64,000 nucleotides of DNA, from the NCBI GenBank assembly GCA_951406725.2, contig OX597824.1, forward strand, positions 94,488,001-94,552,000. Reading direction: 5' to 3'. Position 1 is the stretch's first letter; each line of letters begins with the position of its first letter. This DNA is from Octopus vulgaris. Taxonomy: Eukaryota. Below, piece by piece: positions 36,509 through 48,730 of the stretch. Below the pieces are notes generated by a model, which was not told the DNA's origin, did no database searches, and worked only from the letters and a program-made list of their open reading frames with translations. A program made the position numbers and the translations under genes.

Positions 36509-37797
36509 TTTCCCTCGTCTCTCCTGTATATAGACTATTGTCGCTAATCCAGACCATCACCATCCATTAATAACTCTCATGTTCATCCATCAGAGCAATG
36601 AAAGCCATCTAGTCATCCTTGGGGATGACTTGCATACTGACTTTGGTTAAGGTGAATGCAGGTTGTGCACTGTCAACCTTACTCACTCATCCATGACCTT
36701 CTTCTGTCCTGTAACAAAACCAGGTCAAGAAGATTGGGGGATGAAGACAGATGCACTGGATGACCAAGATGTCTTTTGTGTTTCATTTTATTTCTTTATT
36801 GCCCACAAGGGGCTAAACATAGAGGGACAAACAAGGATTGACAAAGAGATTAAGTTGATTACATCGCCGCCAGTGTGTAACTGATACTTATTTAATCGAC
36901 TCTGAAAGGATGAAAGGCAAAGTTGACCTCGGCGTCATTTGAACTCAGAAGGTAACGGCAGACGAAATACCTATTTCTTTACTACCCACAAGGGGCTAAA
37001 CACAGAGAAGACAAACAAGGACAGACACATGGATTAAGTCGATTATATTGACCCCAGTGTGTAACTGGTACTTATTTAATCGACCCCGAAAAGATGAAAG
37101 GCAAAGTCGACCTCGGCGGAATTTGAACTCAGAACGTAACGGCAGACGAAATACCGCTAGGCATTTCGTCCGGCGTGCTAACGATTCTGCCAGCTCGCTG
37201 CATTTGTGTTTCATCTTGCAGCAGTTTTCCCTTCTGTTGAACCATGAAGGTTCTTGCCACAGAATCTGCTGGATCCAGTTTTCATGGGCCCTCATATGCT
37301 AATTAACCCATAGCTGGGACCCCTGACAGGTGCTATTACTCTGGGTCAGAGCAGACCTGATACGGTAAAGGTAAGGTTACTGTCTCAAGTGATGCTAACT
37401 GATAAGAGCCAGTTTCCCAGTTCCCATGGCATATATATTCTGCACCTGGACAGGAGGCTGATCCATCACAGGGTTACTAATTTTTGCCAGCTGAGTGGAC
37501 TGGAGCAACTTGAAATGAGATGTTTTGCTCCAGAACACAACACATCGCCTGGTCTAGGAATCGAAACCACAATCTTACGATCATGAGTCCAACACCCTAA
37601 CCACTAAGCCACACAAGTGAGGTTGACAGTGCAGAACCCTTCTTCACCTTAACCAAAGTCAGTGTGCAAGTCATCAGTCATCCTTAAGGATGACCAGATT
37701 GTTTTCATTACTCTGACAGATGAATACAAGAGTTATTAATGGATGGTGATGGTCTGGATTAGTGACAATAGTCTATATACAGGAGAGATGAGGGAAT
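36509..37797. repeat. Diverged ~180-bp inverted repeat pair (36509-36683 / 37616-37797)
   Basis: TCTCCTGTATATAGACTATTGTCGCTAATCCAGACCATCACCATCCATTAATAACTCT is the reverse complement of AGAGTTATTAATGGATGGTGATGGTCTGGATTAGTGACAATAGTCTATATACAGGAGA, with one mismatch. Confidence 0.85.
36789..37200 (-). mobile_element. SINE family A dimer
   Basis: Two bodies with junction GAAATACCTATTTC. Confidence 0.85.
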
Positions 37798-39471
37798 AAT
37801 AGGGACTAAGTGTTAGTTCCACACTCCTCAAAACCCTGGAACTATCACACCAGAGCCCCACTATCAAACCCTGGACTATCCCCAACTCTAATTATCAGCT
37901 GACAACACCCAAGAAGAAAACTAATAAATGCCTAAAATTGACTGGTGCTGAAGAAGCAGAATCCTGGTCAGATGCAGTTTAACTCAAAGCTGTTTGTAAA
38001 TGACCCTAAGCCTGAACTGCTGTTGTTTGTTCTTTCTCAAGCCATGCCTGGCTCATAAGCTGTTTCCTTGGCATATAGGTTCCCCACCTGGACGGGACAC
38101 TGGTCATTCACAGGTGAGCTGCTAGATGCAGGAGGAAAGAGTGAGAGAAAGTTATGGCGAAAGAGTCAGCAAAAGTTTACCATTACCTTCTGCTGGAGCT
38201 GTGTGGAGCTTAGGTGTTTCGCTCATAAACACACACATCACCCAGTCTGAGATTCGAACCCGCGATCCCTCGACCGCGAGTCCGCTGCTCTAACCACTAG
38301 CCCATGTGCCTCCACAACTACTTAACCAGGTGTATTATATTTGCTCTGTTTTTCTAATTTGTGTTGCGTATAAAGAATGTTGTTTGTTCCTTCTCTAACC
38401 ATATCTGAGGAATTTCAACCGTGTTTCGTGGTCTGCTACCACAACAGCTCCTTTATAGGATCCAGTTAGCTCAAGACTTCATCAGGAGAAACCATGTCCT
38501 GTTTTGGCCCCTACTCCTCTACCGTTTTGACATGGTGAGGCTCCCCCTTTCGGAGGTGTCTTCAGCTCTGGTGTTGGGTGCGTGTCTTCTTTCTTCTGTT
38601 CCCTGGCCGCTTCAATGTAGCGTCTTTTCTTGGTCTGGACAGGTCTGAGATTTGAATCCATGATCTCTTGACCGCAAATCCATTGCTCTAACTACTAGGC
38701 CATGTGCCTCCACTAAACCTGAGCTAGTTCAACCAAAATACTTTCGTTTTCTGTAGCATCCAAACAATCATCAAGCTGAAAGACGTCCTCCTATATCCTG
38801 CAGTGCAGAGGTGCATTGTTTAGTGGTTAGGGTGTTGGACTCATGATTAAAAGATTGTGGTTTCAATTCCTGGACCAGGCAATGGTTGCATGCTCTTGAG
38901 CCAAACACTTCCTTTCATGTTGCTCCAGTTCACACAGCTGGTAAAATGGAGCAACCCTGTAACAGACAGGCATCCCGTCCAAGGGGAAAACATACGAACT
39001 ACAGAAACAGGGGAAACTGACCCATTGACTGTATATGACTACAGAAGGATCTTTATCCTATCTTTTTTTTTTTTTATATCTTACATCCTACAACAACCAC
39101 AAGGGTGTTCATTTGAATATTTAAGGCAGTGGTTCTGAAAGGGGGCTTTAGACAGTCTGGCATTAGACTGTCTGTCTCAAGAAATTCCATTTAAGTATGG
39201 AAAAGTGGACATTAAATTATGATGATGACTCAGTTGAGCTCATATAGATATAATTATTTGTGATTTTGAAAAGAACTTCACCCAAGACATCCATCTCAGA
39301 CCTTGTTAGCTTTTTTGTTACAATGATGCTGCCTGGGCAACCATTTGTTCATGGATCCCTATACAATCAAGTTCTAATACAGAGATATGTTATAAGTAAG
39401 GGCTTTTAATGAGGAATGCCCAGGAGGTCTGTGGGAAAATGGGTTAAAAATTACAACAATTGTAGATCATT

Positions 39472-39939
39472 ATTTACCTTTGACGGATATTTGTCATCTT
39501 GTTTGTTGTTAACACAATGTTTCCCCAAGACACCTGATGAAGGCAGGAGGGTATATCAGCCGAAACGTTGTGTTAACAACAAACAAGATGAGGACAAATA
39601 TCCGTCAAATGTAAACAACATATTCTGTTGTGTCTGGGGAGAGTAATTTTCTTTTCGTGCCTTATTATGTAACACACTCACTGGTAAAATTTCCACCTTT
39701 TGAAAAGGTTGCAAGACGCAAGGAAAATTATAGGAAAATAAAAATAAGAAAAAAGTGGAAATTTTACCAGTGAGTGTGTTACATTATAAGGCACAAAAAG
39801 AAAATGACTCTCCCCAGACACAACAGAATATGCTTCAACACACGAACTCATATAAAGAATCTTGCGAACCAAATCCCAAAACGAAATGTAAACAACATAA
39901 ATAATGTACATAATTCCTCATCTCTTAAATATAGAAGTG
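39472..39939. mobile_element. Nested Penelope-derived palindromic elements with hammerhead-like core
   Basis: Outer TSD AATTGTAGATCATT. The inner element (39623-39883) is flanked by AAATGTAAACAACATA. CTGATGA-AGGCAG..CAGCC-GAAAC lies at 39534-39566. Confidence 0.7.
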
Positions 39940-40434
39940 AATTGTAGATCATTTCATCCTTCTAGGTCATGTTATGAATTGGGTCATTTCAGCAGATTTT
40001 GCTGTCCAAAACCTGCTGTATTCAGCCAAGTGTGTCCATGACATTAATATTAAAAGTATGACTAAGGTGGTTGACTGACTGAATTGTTAGTGTGTCAAGA
40101 CGAATACTTAGTGGTATTTCGTCTGTCTTTACGTTCTGAGTTCAAATTCCACTGAGGTCCACTCTGCTTTTCATCCTTTCAGGGTCGATAAAATAAGCAC
40201 CAGTTGCGCATTGGGGTCAATGTAATCAACATACTTCCTCACCTGGAATTGCTGGCCTTGTGCTAAAATTTGAAATCAGTATTAAAGGTATGAGTCCTAA
40301 ACTGCCTGACAATCACAAAGTAATTTTGAATATTAATTGGACAGAAAACAATAATTTATACCAGGTGAATCGTAAATTGAATGAACATTCAGTTTAGAAA
40401 AACAATTAAACACGTGCCATACTTCCTTATTCTA

Positions 40435-40822
40435 GCGGCAAGCTGGCAGAGTCGTTAGCACGCCGGGCGAAATGCGTAGCCATATTTCGTCTGCCATTAC
40501 GTTCTGAGTTCAAATTCTGCCGAGGTCGACTTTGCCTTTCATCCTTTCGGGGTCGATTAAATAAGTACCAGTTACGCACTGGGGTCAATATAATTGACTT
40601 GATTCATTTGTTTGTCCTCTCTGTGTTTAGCCCCTTGTGGGTAGTAAAGAAATAGGTATTTCCACCTCGCTACGTACTGAGTTCAAATTCCACCGAGGTC
40701 GACTTTGCCTTTCATCCTTTCAGGGTCAATAAATTAAGTAGCAGTGAAACACTGGGGGCCAATGTAATCAACTAGTCCCCTCTCTGTCAAATTTCTGGCC
40801 TTGTGCCTATAATAGAAAGGCT
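40435..40822 (+). mobile_element. SINE family A dimer
   Basis: Head, body, junction GTAAAGAAATAGGTATTTC, then a second body with the alternative tail. Confidence 0.85.
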
Positions 40823-41710
40823 TATTCTAGCTTTCACCATTAACTCTTTGCCTGTATATTTCCCTGGCGATATACATTACCAATTTTTCTTCAGCAACCA
40901 GACTAACTTAGGACTTCATCATCATCATCATCATCATCATTTAGCGTCCGCTTTCCATGCTAGCATGGGTTGGACAGTTCAACTGGGGGTCTGTGAAGCC
41001 AGAAGGCTGCATCAGGCCCAGTCTGATCTGGCAGTGTTTCTAAGGCTTGATGCCCTTCCTAACGCCAACCACTCCGTGAGTGTAGTGGGTGCTTTTTACG
41101 TGCCACGAATGGATGGTGCTTTTTACATGCCACCGACACGGACTTATGTAAGGAAAGCTTTATGTTGCTTAGAACATATAGAACAAGGGCAATCTAAAAC
41201 TCTGCGAACAAGCACCGGGTATTTAGGACAAACATATAAAAATTCATTGGACAAGCAAAAGATTAAACAAAATTTTTCATCGTCAAACTTACAAATAGAC
41301 ATTTGATTTATGTTAGGTCTAAACTAGATTTAGTTGATACTACAACAGCTTCGTTTGGTTGTCAAGATACACCAACTCTTCAGTTTTATTGTGGTTAACA
41401 GACCTTATTACGCAAATTTAATTGGTGCAGACATTCTGAAGAAGTGGATCATGTTACGATGTTTCTGAATATTTACCATTTAAATAAAAGATTATATTGA
41501 TTAAATTCTAGTGTTGGTTACAGTTAAAAATAAATTTATTCAGCAGATCAAGCTGTATCTAACCAGCCAGCCAGCCATTTTTTGTGTTTTTGCTATTCGT
41601 GGGAGGTGTAATGGTGTAGAATCTTCAAGCACTTCCTTGACCAGTGTCCTATCAGAAGCAACCATTATTACATTTTCCTGTTGGATTTTTATAAGTGACC
41701 AACTGAAACT

Positions 41711-41932
41711 CTCTTTACTCTTTTACTTGTTTCAGTCATTTGACTGCGGCCATGCTGGATCACCGACTTTTAGTCAAGCAACTCGACCCCGGGACTTATT
41801 CTTTGTAAGCCCAGTACTTATTCTATCGGTCTCTTTTGCCGAACCGCTAAGTGATGGGGACGTAAACACACCAGCATCGGTTGTCAAACAATGCTAGGGG
41901 GACAAACACAGACACACAAACATATACACACA

Positions 41933-41970
<38 letters not shown>

Positions 41971-42135
41971 GCAACAGGCTTCTTTCAGTTTCTGTCTACC
42001 AAATCCACTCACAAGGCATTGGTCGGCCCGGGGCTATAGCAGAAGACACTTGCCCAAGTTGCCACGCAGTGGGACTGAACCCAGAACCATGTGGTTGGTT
42101 AGCAAGCTACTTACCACACAGCCACTCCTGCGCCT
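41711..42135 (-). mobile_element. SINE family B, full length
   Basis: Complete from tail to head. Confidence 0.85.
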
Positions 42136-42349
42136 GTGGATAATGTCCAAGCATCTTATTCTTGCTCTGCCCCCAGGTCTCCTGCCAGTTGGCTCAGCTT
42201 GAAACCTCCATCTTCAGATTCTTTGTCCACATTACCAGAGCTGAAGCCTCTCAGTATGGAAAAATAGTGGCTCCACCTGGATAGATTCCCTTATCTCTAA
42301 GCTAAGAATCCGGTAGAGTAACATTCTTCCGGAGATCCTTCAGAGGAAC

Positions 42350-43220
42350 CTCATTTGAAGTAGTCCCTTTCTGAAGCCACTCACTTTATCCAGCATTGTT
42401 CCGTTGAAGGAAGCATTCCTGAAACTCCTTTTTTAGGGATAGTGAACAGCTGCCTGGTCACATTCTTTTGAATTTCCTCAACATCTTGAAATTAAGTTCC
42501 TTTTAAGTGGGATTTGATTTTTTGGGAAGATTTTTGGCTAAAATAACCTTAAAGCCCAGTCTCTTTCCACACATGCACTTACACACACTCTCTCTCTCTC
42601 TCTCTCTCTCTTTGCACTCCGTCAGTTACGACGATGAGGGTTCCGGTTGATCCGAATCAACGCAACAGCCTGCTCGTGAAATTAACGTGTAAGTGGCTGA
42701 GCACTCCACAGACACGTGTACCCTTAACGTAGTTCTCGGGGATATTCAGCGTGACACAGAGAGTGACAAGGCCAGCCCTTTGAAATACAGGTACAACAGA
42801 AACAGGAAGTAAGAGTGAGAGAAAGTTGTGGTGAAAGAGTACAACAGGGATCGCCACCATCCCCTGCCGGAGCCTCGTGGAGCTTTTAGCTGTTTCTACT
42901 CAATAAACACTCACAACGCCCGGTCTGGGAACTGAAACTACGATCCTATGACCACGAGTCCGCTGCCCTAACCACTGGGCCATTGCGCCTCTACACTTAC
43001 ACACACACAATTTTCTCTGCCATTTTCACTGATGGAGCCTCTGTGCTGTGGTTAGATGACCACACTCTACACCCTTCACTTCCAAGCACTGTTATAAACC
43101 ACGGAAGTGAGTGAGAACCCTATAACTGTGCATGCGCAACAGAGTTCAAGGTCAGGCTGTGCCCAGCAGCTTCTCACTGCGTACTTTAGCTCTGTTACCA
43201 TAGCAACAGCCTCAATATTT
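42350..43220 (-). mobile_element. Mariner relic split by (TC)n and a SINE (42613-42992)
   Basis: Minus strand 42350-42530 gives roughly IKSHLKGT*FQDVEEIQKNVTRQLFTIPKKEFQECF, a mariner C-terminus. A TIR-like ATATTTTTTGATCAGGCCTCATA is at ~43200-43217. Confidence 0.65.
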
Positions 43221-43297
43221 TTTGATCAGGCCTCATAAATGCATTAATTATATGTCATTCATTGATTTGATAGAAATTAATATTTCAAAGAACTGAG

Positions 43298-44424
43298 ATA
43301 AACCTTTCATTATCCAACCCTGCTGTTAAACCACCTCTGGCTCTGAGTACAAATGTCTTGTTTTCATAAGTTCTGAATTAAAATCTTCCACCAAACCCTA
43401 GTCACAATTTATCTTCTTAACACTAGCTTAATGATATCTAAGTAATTTTACTAAATTACACTTTACTCTTTTTACTCTTTTACTTGTTTCAGTCATTTGA
43501 CTGCGGCCATTCTGGAGCACCGCCTTTAATCGAGCAACTCGACCCCGGGACTTATTCTTTTGTAAGCCCAGTACTTATTCTATCGGTCTCTTTTGCCGAA
43601 CCGCTAAGTAACGGGGACATAAACACACCAGCATCAGTTGTCAAGCAATGCTAGGGAAACAAACACAGACACACAAACACACACACACATACATATATAC
43701 GACGGGCTTCTTTCAGTTTCTGTCTACCAAATCCACTCACAAGGCTTTGGTCGGCCCGAGGCTATAGTAGAAGACACTTTCCCAAGGTGCCACGCAGTGG
43801 GACTGAACCCGGAACCATGTGATTGGTAAACAAGCTACTTACCACACACAGCCAACAAAATTCTTTGTTATATTTAAAATAAATTGAAAAAAACACACAG
43901 AGCATCTCAAAATAAATATGTTAACAAAAGGGTTAACAAATGATTAATTTAACCCTTTCGATACTAACCTGGCTGAAACAGGCTCTGGCTCTGTAGTACA
44001 AATGTCTTGTTTTCATAAGTTTTGAATTAAAATCTTCCACCAAACTTTAGTCACAATTTAATGTTCCTAACACTAGCTTAATGATAACTAAACTATTTTA
44101 CTAAATTCTTTGTTATATTTAAAATATATTGGAAGAAACACAGAGCATCTCAACAGAAATATGGTAACAAAAGGGTTAAAGTCACCATGATATTTTTAAT
44201 CCTTTTGGTACCAACCCAACTGAAACAGGCTCTGTCCCCGTAGTACAAATGTCTTGTTTTCATAAGTTTTGAATTAAAATCTTCCACCAAACCTTAGTCA
44301 CAATTTATGTTCCTGACACTAGCTTAATAATAACTAAATTATTTTACTAAATTCTTTGTTATATTTGAAGTAATTGAAAGAAACACAGAACATCTCAAAA
44401 TAAATATGGTAACAAAAGGGTTAA
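43298..44424. mobile_element. Three head-to-tail piggyBac-like MITEs (~230 bp each)
   Basis: The middle copy reads TTAA|CCCTTTCG...AAAAGGG|TTAA (43949-44179). Homologous copies are at 43298-43936 (containing SINE B at 43462-43853) and 44196-44424. Confidence 0.8.
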
Positions 44425-45049
44425 ATCATGCCATGTAATATTAGTCTTAGAGACAAGATGTAATGGATTAATGCTCCTACATCAAAGAAAGTGCTGGGAA
44501 AATATTCCTGGTTAATAAACCATTAACACCCGTTTATACCAAGATTTACAGACGGAACTGAAATGCCTTTTGCGACAAAAGCAATGCCTTCACTTCACAC
44601 AGCAACAACTTTCTTTCTCACACAATATCCTGTTTTGGTAACATTTCTTTATTGAGTGTGAGACAACTCAATACAAAAAAAAAAACATACTTCTGGTTTT
44701 GTAGTAAAATGGAATAATTATTCAGAATGGAAATTCCAAAGTATGTTTTAGTGAAATGCCTGATGGTACTCAGAGAAACTGGATCAACATTAGGCGTGAA
44801 ACCTGTATGGTGACATGGTCCTTTTGAAGAATTAAGATATTTTTCTCTTGGCTTTTATCTTTTACTTGTTTCAGTCATTGGACTGCAGCCATGCTGGGGC
44901 ACCGTCTGGAGGGTTTTTAGTCAAACAAATCAATTTCTTGCTGAACCACTATGTTATGGGGATGTAAACAAACCAACAGCAGTTGTCAGGCAGTGGTGGG
45001 GAACACACTCAGACACTCACATGTATGTATCTGTGTGTGTATATATAGT

Positions 45050-45260
45050 TAATCCAAACATGAAAACACAAAGAGAAAACACAACAACGCGAGGATGTGG
45101 AACAAGTATTGTGTTATTGGACGCTCAGGAAAGGAAAGAAAGAAGGAGGGTTTAACATTTCGAGCGGAGCTCTTTGTCAGAAACATAGAAAAAGGATAGG
45201 TCCAAGGAGGGGAAAACGGAGAAAGAAAATCGCCAACGATACACATGTGGTCACATATAT
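45050..45260 (-). mobile_element. Penelope-like pLTR fragment with hammerhead-like motif
   Basis: Minus strand CTGACAAA-GAGC-TCC-GCTC-GAAATGTT at 45153-45181 (degenerate core). Confidence 0.55.
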
Positions 45261-45262
45261 AT

Positions 45263-45301
<39 letters not shown>

Positions 45302-46077
45302 ATGTACATATTTGTGTCTTTGTGTTTGTTGTCCACCACCTCCACCTCACAGCCAGTGTTAGTTTGTTTATGTCCCTGTAACTTAGTAGTTCAGCAAAAA
45401 CAACTGATAGATTAAGTGTCAGGTTTTTATAAGATAAGTAATGGGATTGATTCGTTCAACCAAAATCCTTCAAAGCCATGCCCCAGCATGGCCACAGTTC
45501 AATGGCTGAATCAAGTAAAAAAAAAAAGAGAGAGAAAAGGAAAAAAGAAGTATAAATATTATTTTAATGAGACATTTAAGTCTGTTTTTGATTCCATAAG
45601 CTTTTAATATTTGGAGATAAATTTGTTGAATTTTAATATTTGGAGTTTAAATTAGTTTATGTTGAGAGCATCTGAGAATTCTTCAAATTTGAATCAGTCG
45701 ATCGTGACTTCATTTTGGTCTTTTTTTATCAGTTTCATGAATGGATGTGTTTATTCACATTTGTATGCTGTTCCAAAATGGCAAATGTCACTGGGAAAAT
45801 TTTATTAGTTCTGAGAAACGGTCACAGAATATTGAGCACCAGATATTAATCATTCCAACACCGTTTGGAATTGAGGGCAGCTCATCCAATTTCATTTTCA
45901 ATGGAATCACTCAATTGCCAACACAGATAATACTTGAAATTTCTTACATCTACCCTCTACGAATAATGGTTTCAAATTTTGATACAATACCAGTAATTTT
46001 AAGGGGAGAGGCTCAGTTGGAACTTTATTTTATCGATCCCGATATTAACCCCATAACATCGGTTAACATAAATTTAC

Positions 46078-46472
46078 ATGTGGTAAGTAGCTTGCTAACC
46101 AACCACATGATTCCAGGTTCAGTCCCACAGCGTGGCATCTTGGGCAAGTGTCTTCTGCTATAGCCCCGGGCCGACCAATGCCTTGTGAGTGGATTTGGTA
46201 GACGGAAACTGAAAGAAGCCTGTCGTATATATGTATGTATATATATGTGTGTATGTGTGTGTGTTTGTGTTTGTGCCCCTAGCATTGCTTGACAACCGAT
46301 GCTGGTGTGTTTACGTCCCTGTCACTTAGCGGTTTGGCAAAAGAGACCGATAGAATAAGTACTGGGCTTACAGAAAGAATAAGTCCCGGGGTCGAATTGC
46401 TCGACTAAAAGGCGGTGCTCCAGCATGGCCGCAGTCAAATGACTGAAACAAGTAAAAGAGAGAGTAAAAGAG
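46078..46472 (+). mobile_element. SINE family B
   Basis: TGTGGTAAGTAGCTTGC...ACAAGTAAAAGAGAGAGTAAAAGAG. Confidence 0.85.
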
Positions 46473-46785
46473 TATGCGCTGTGTCCTCACTTTGAATCAG
46501 ATGATGAAAATATACGCAGCCCTTTCTGCTGCTGCTTTGTACCTGTCTGTGTACCGATTGATATAAATATCCGCTATCACTCACGGAATCAATAATGGAG
46601 GCCACCGTGCAAATTTCAAGGAACCTGAGAGGTTTTTTTAGATTCTTCATGTAAATAATTCCAACTCCATTTAAGACTTCATCACCATAAAAGTATAACA
46701 GTAGCAGTTTTGGCAGGTACACTACCATTTCCATTAAGACTTCCTATCAAATTCATACCTGTTCAACAAATTCTAGATAGATATG

Positions 46786-47250
46786 ACAGGCTTCTTTCAG
46801 TTTCCGTCTACTAAATCTACTCACAAGGCTTTGGTCGGCCCAAGGCTGTAGTAGAAGACACTTGCGCAAGGTGCCAAGCAGTGGGACTGAACCCTGAACC
46901 ATGAGGCTGGTAAGCAAGCTACTTACCACACAGCCACTCCGGGCTTCTTTCAGTTTCCGTCTACCAAATCTACTCACAAGGCTTTGGTCGGCTCGAGGCT
47001 ATGGTAGAAGACACTTGTGCGAGGAGTCAAGCAGTGGGACTGAACCCTGAACCATGAGGCTGGTAAGCAAGCTACTTACCACACAGCCACTCCGGGCTTC
47101 TTTCAGTTTCCATCTACCAAATCCACTCACAAGGATCTAGCTGGCCTGGGGCTATAGTAGAAGACACTTGTGCGAGGTGCCATGCAGTGGGACTGAACCT
47201 GGAACCAGGTGGTTGAGAAGCAAGCTTCTTACCATACAGCCACACCTGCA
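46786..47250 (-). repeat. Tandem trimer of the SINE B 5' half (~152-bp unit)
   Basis: Junction CAGCCACTCC|GGGCTTCTTTCAG occurs twice. Confidence 0.85.
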
Positions 47251-47479
47251 CCTGTTCGCTTATTTCTGTATGACAATGCTTCAAGCAAACTACACTGCTC
47301 TTTCTAATGTGTCTACCTTGAGATTCACCTGCTCTTTTACGTGCAGCCATTGTTTGCACTGACTCACCTGTATTAATTTCCTCCCACTCCCCCACTATTG
47401 CTGTTAAACTGCAATTGTGTGGTTTTTTTTTGGTAGGTGTGGGGGTGGGGTGTTCACAAATTCAGAAAGTAGACAAACA

Positions 47480-47672
47480 ATTTCCGCTTTTTTTCCTTAT
47501 TTTTATTTTCCTAAAATTTTCGTTGCGTCTTGCAACCTTTTCAATAGTTTTGACTTTTCAATAGTCAAAACTATTGAAAAGGTTTTAAGATACAACGAAA
47601 ATTTTAGGAAAATAAAACTAAGAAAAAAAGGTGGAAATTTTACCGGTGAGTGTGTTATATTATAAGAGACAA
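47480..47672. mobile_element. Palindromic element of the same family as 39623-39883
   Basis: TTTTCCTAAAATTTTCGTTG...TTCAATAG pairs with CTATTGAA...CAACGAAAATTTTAGGAAAA. Confidence 0.65.
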
Positions 47673-48069
47673 ACAATTGTAAAAATCTTTACTTCCTAAC
47701 TGCATGATTTCTAGACTTCAGTCCCACTGTGTGGGCCCCTTGGGCAAATATCTACAAGGCCAGAGTACAAATCCTACCTCAGCCTCTTTTAGTCGCCTTT
47801 TACGACACGAAGAAACGTTGGGTCTATTCTTTAACATGTCAGTCCCCCACACAGCTGGGTGATGATCATTTTTTTTTTCTTCCGGCTGTATCTCTATTTA
47901 ATCATTGTCTGCCATCAAGCCTACCATCATAATCTTAACTGCAATTCGGATAATGCTGAGGGAGCTTTTGCTACAAAGCATCAATCACATCAATACATAA
48001 ATCACATGAAGTATACAAGAGAGTGATGATGTTAAGGGCAGACGAGATATACAAGTTGATTAATGTATA

Positions 48070-48482
48070 CTCTTTTACTCTTTTACTTGTTTCAGTCATT
48101 TGACTGTGGCCATGCTGGAGCACCGCCTTTAATCGAGCAACTCGACCCCGGGACTTATTCTTTTGTAAGCCCAGTACTTATTCTATCGGTCTCTTTTGCC
48201 GAACCGCTAAGTAACAGGGACGTAAACACACCAGCATCGGTTGTCAAGCAATGCTAGGGGGACAAACACAGACACACAAACACACACAAGCATATATATA
48301 TATATATATACATATATACGACGGGCTTCTTTCAGTTTCCGTCTACCAAATCCATCCACAAGGCTTTGGTCGGCCCGAGGCTATAGTAGAAGACACTTGC
48401 CCAAGGTGCCACGCAGTGGAACTGAACCCGGAACCACGTGGTTGGTTAGCAAGCTACTTACCACACAGCCACTCCTGCACCT
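48070..48482 (-). mobile_element. SINE family B, full length
   Basis: Complete from tail to head. Confidence 0.85.
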
Positions 48483-48599
48483 GATTAAAAAACAATTAGA
48501 ACCAGGTTTCAGAATTTGATACTGAAATCTGTAAAATTAAATTGTCAAGACTATTTGACATAAAAGCTCTGTTTTCAAAGAAAAGAATTCATGAAGGGG

Positions 48600-48730
48600 T
48601 GTGAAAAGAGCTGGGAAAAGCAGGCAACACCAACACACATTGCTGTGACACAAATATATGTTTGAACCAATGATAATGGAGACATCTGGTGTCGCTAGTA
48701 AATTACCAAAGCTTTTTGTCAATATTAACC
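48600..48730 (+). mobile_element. Possible CRE-clade RLE LINE fragment
   Basis: YMFEPMIMETSGV resembles the Y.F.P.A.ET.G motif, but the match is very short. Confidence 0.3.

Noticed and set aside
46435-46734. 99-aa minus-strand ORF
   Set aside because: No recognisable domain or convincing splice sites, and it ends inside a SINE tail.
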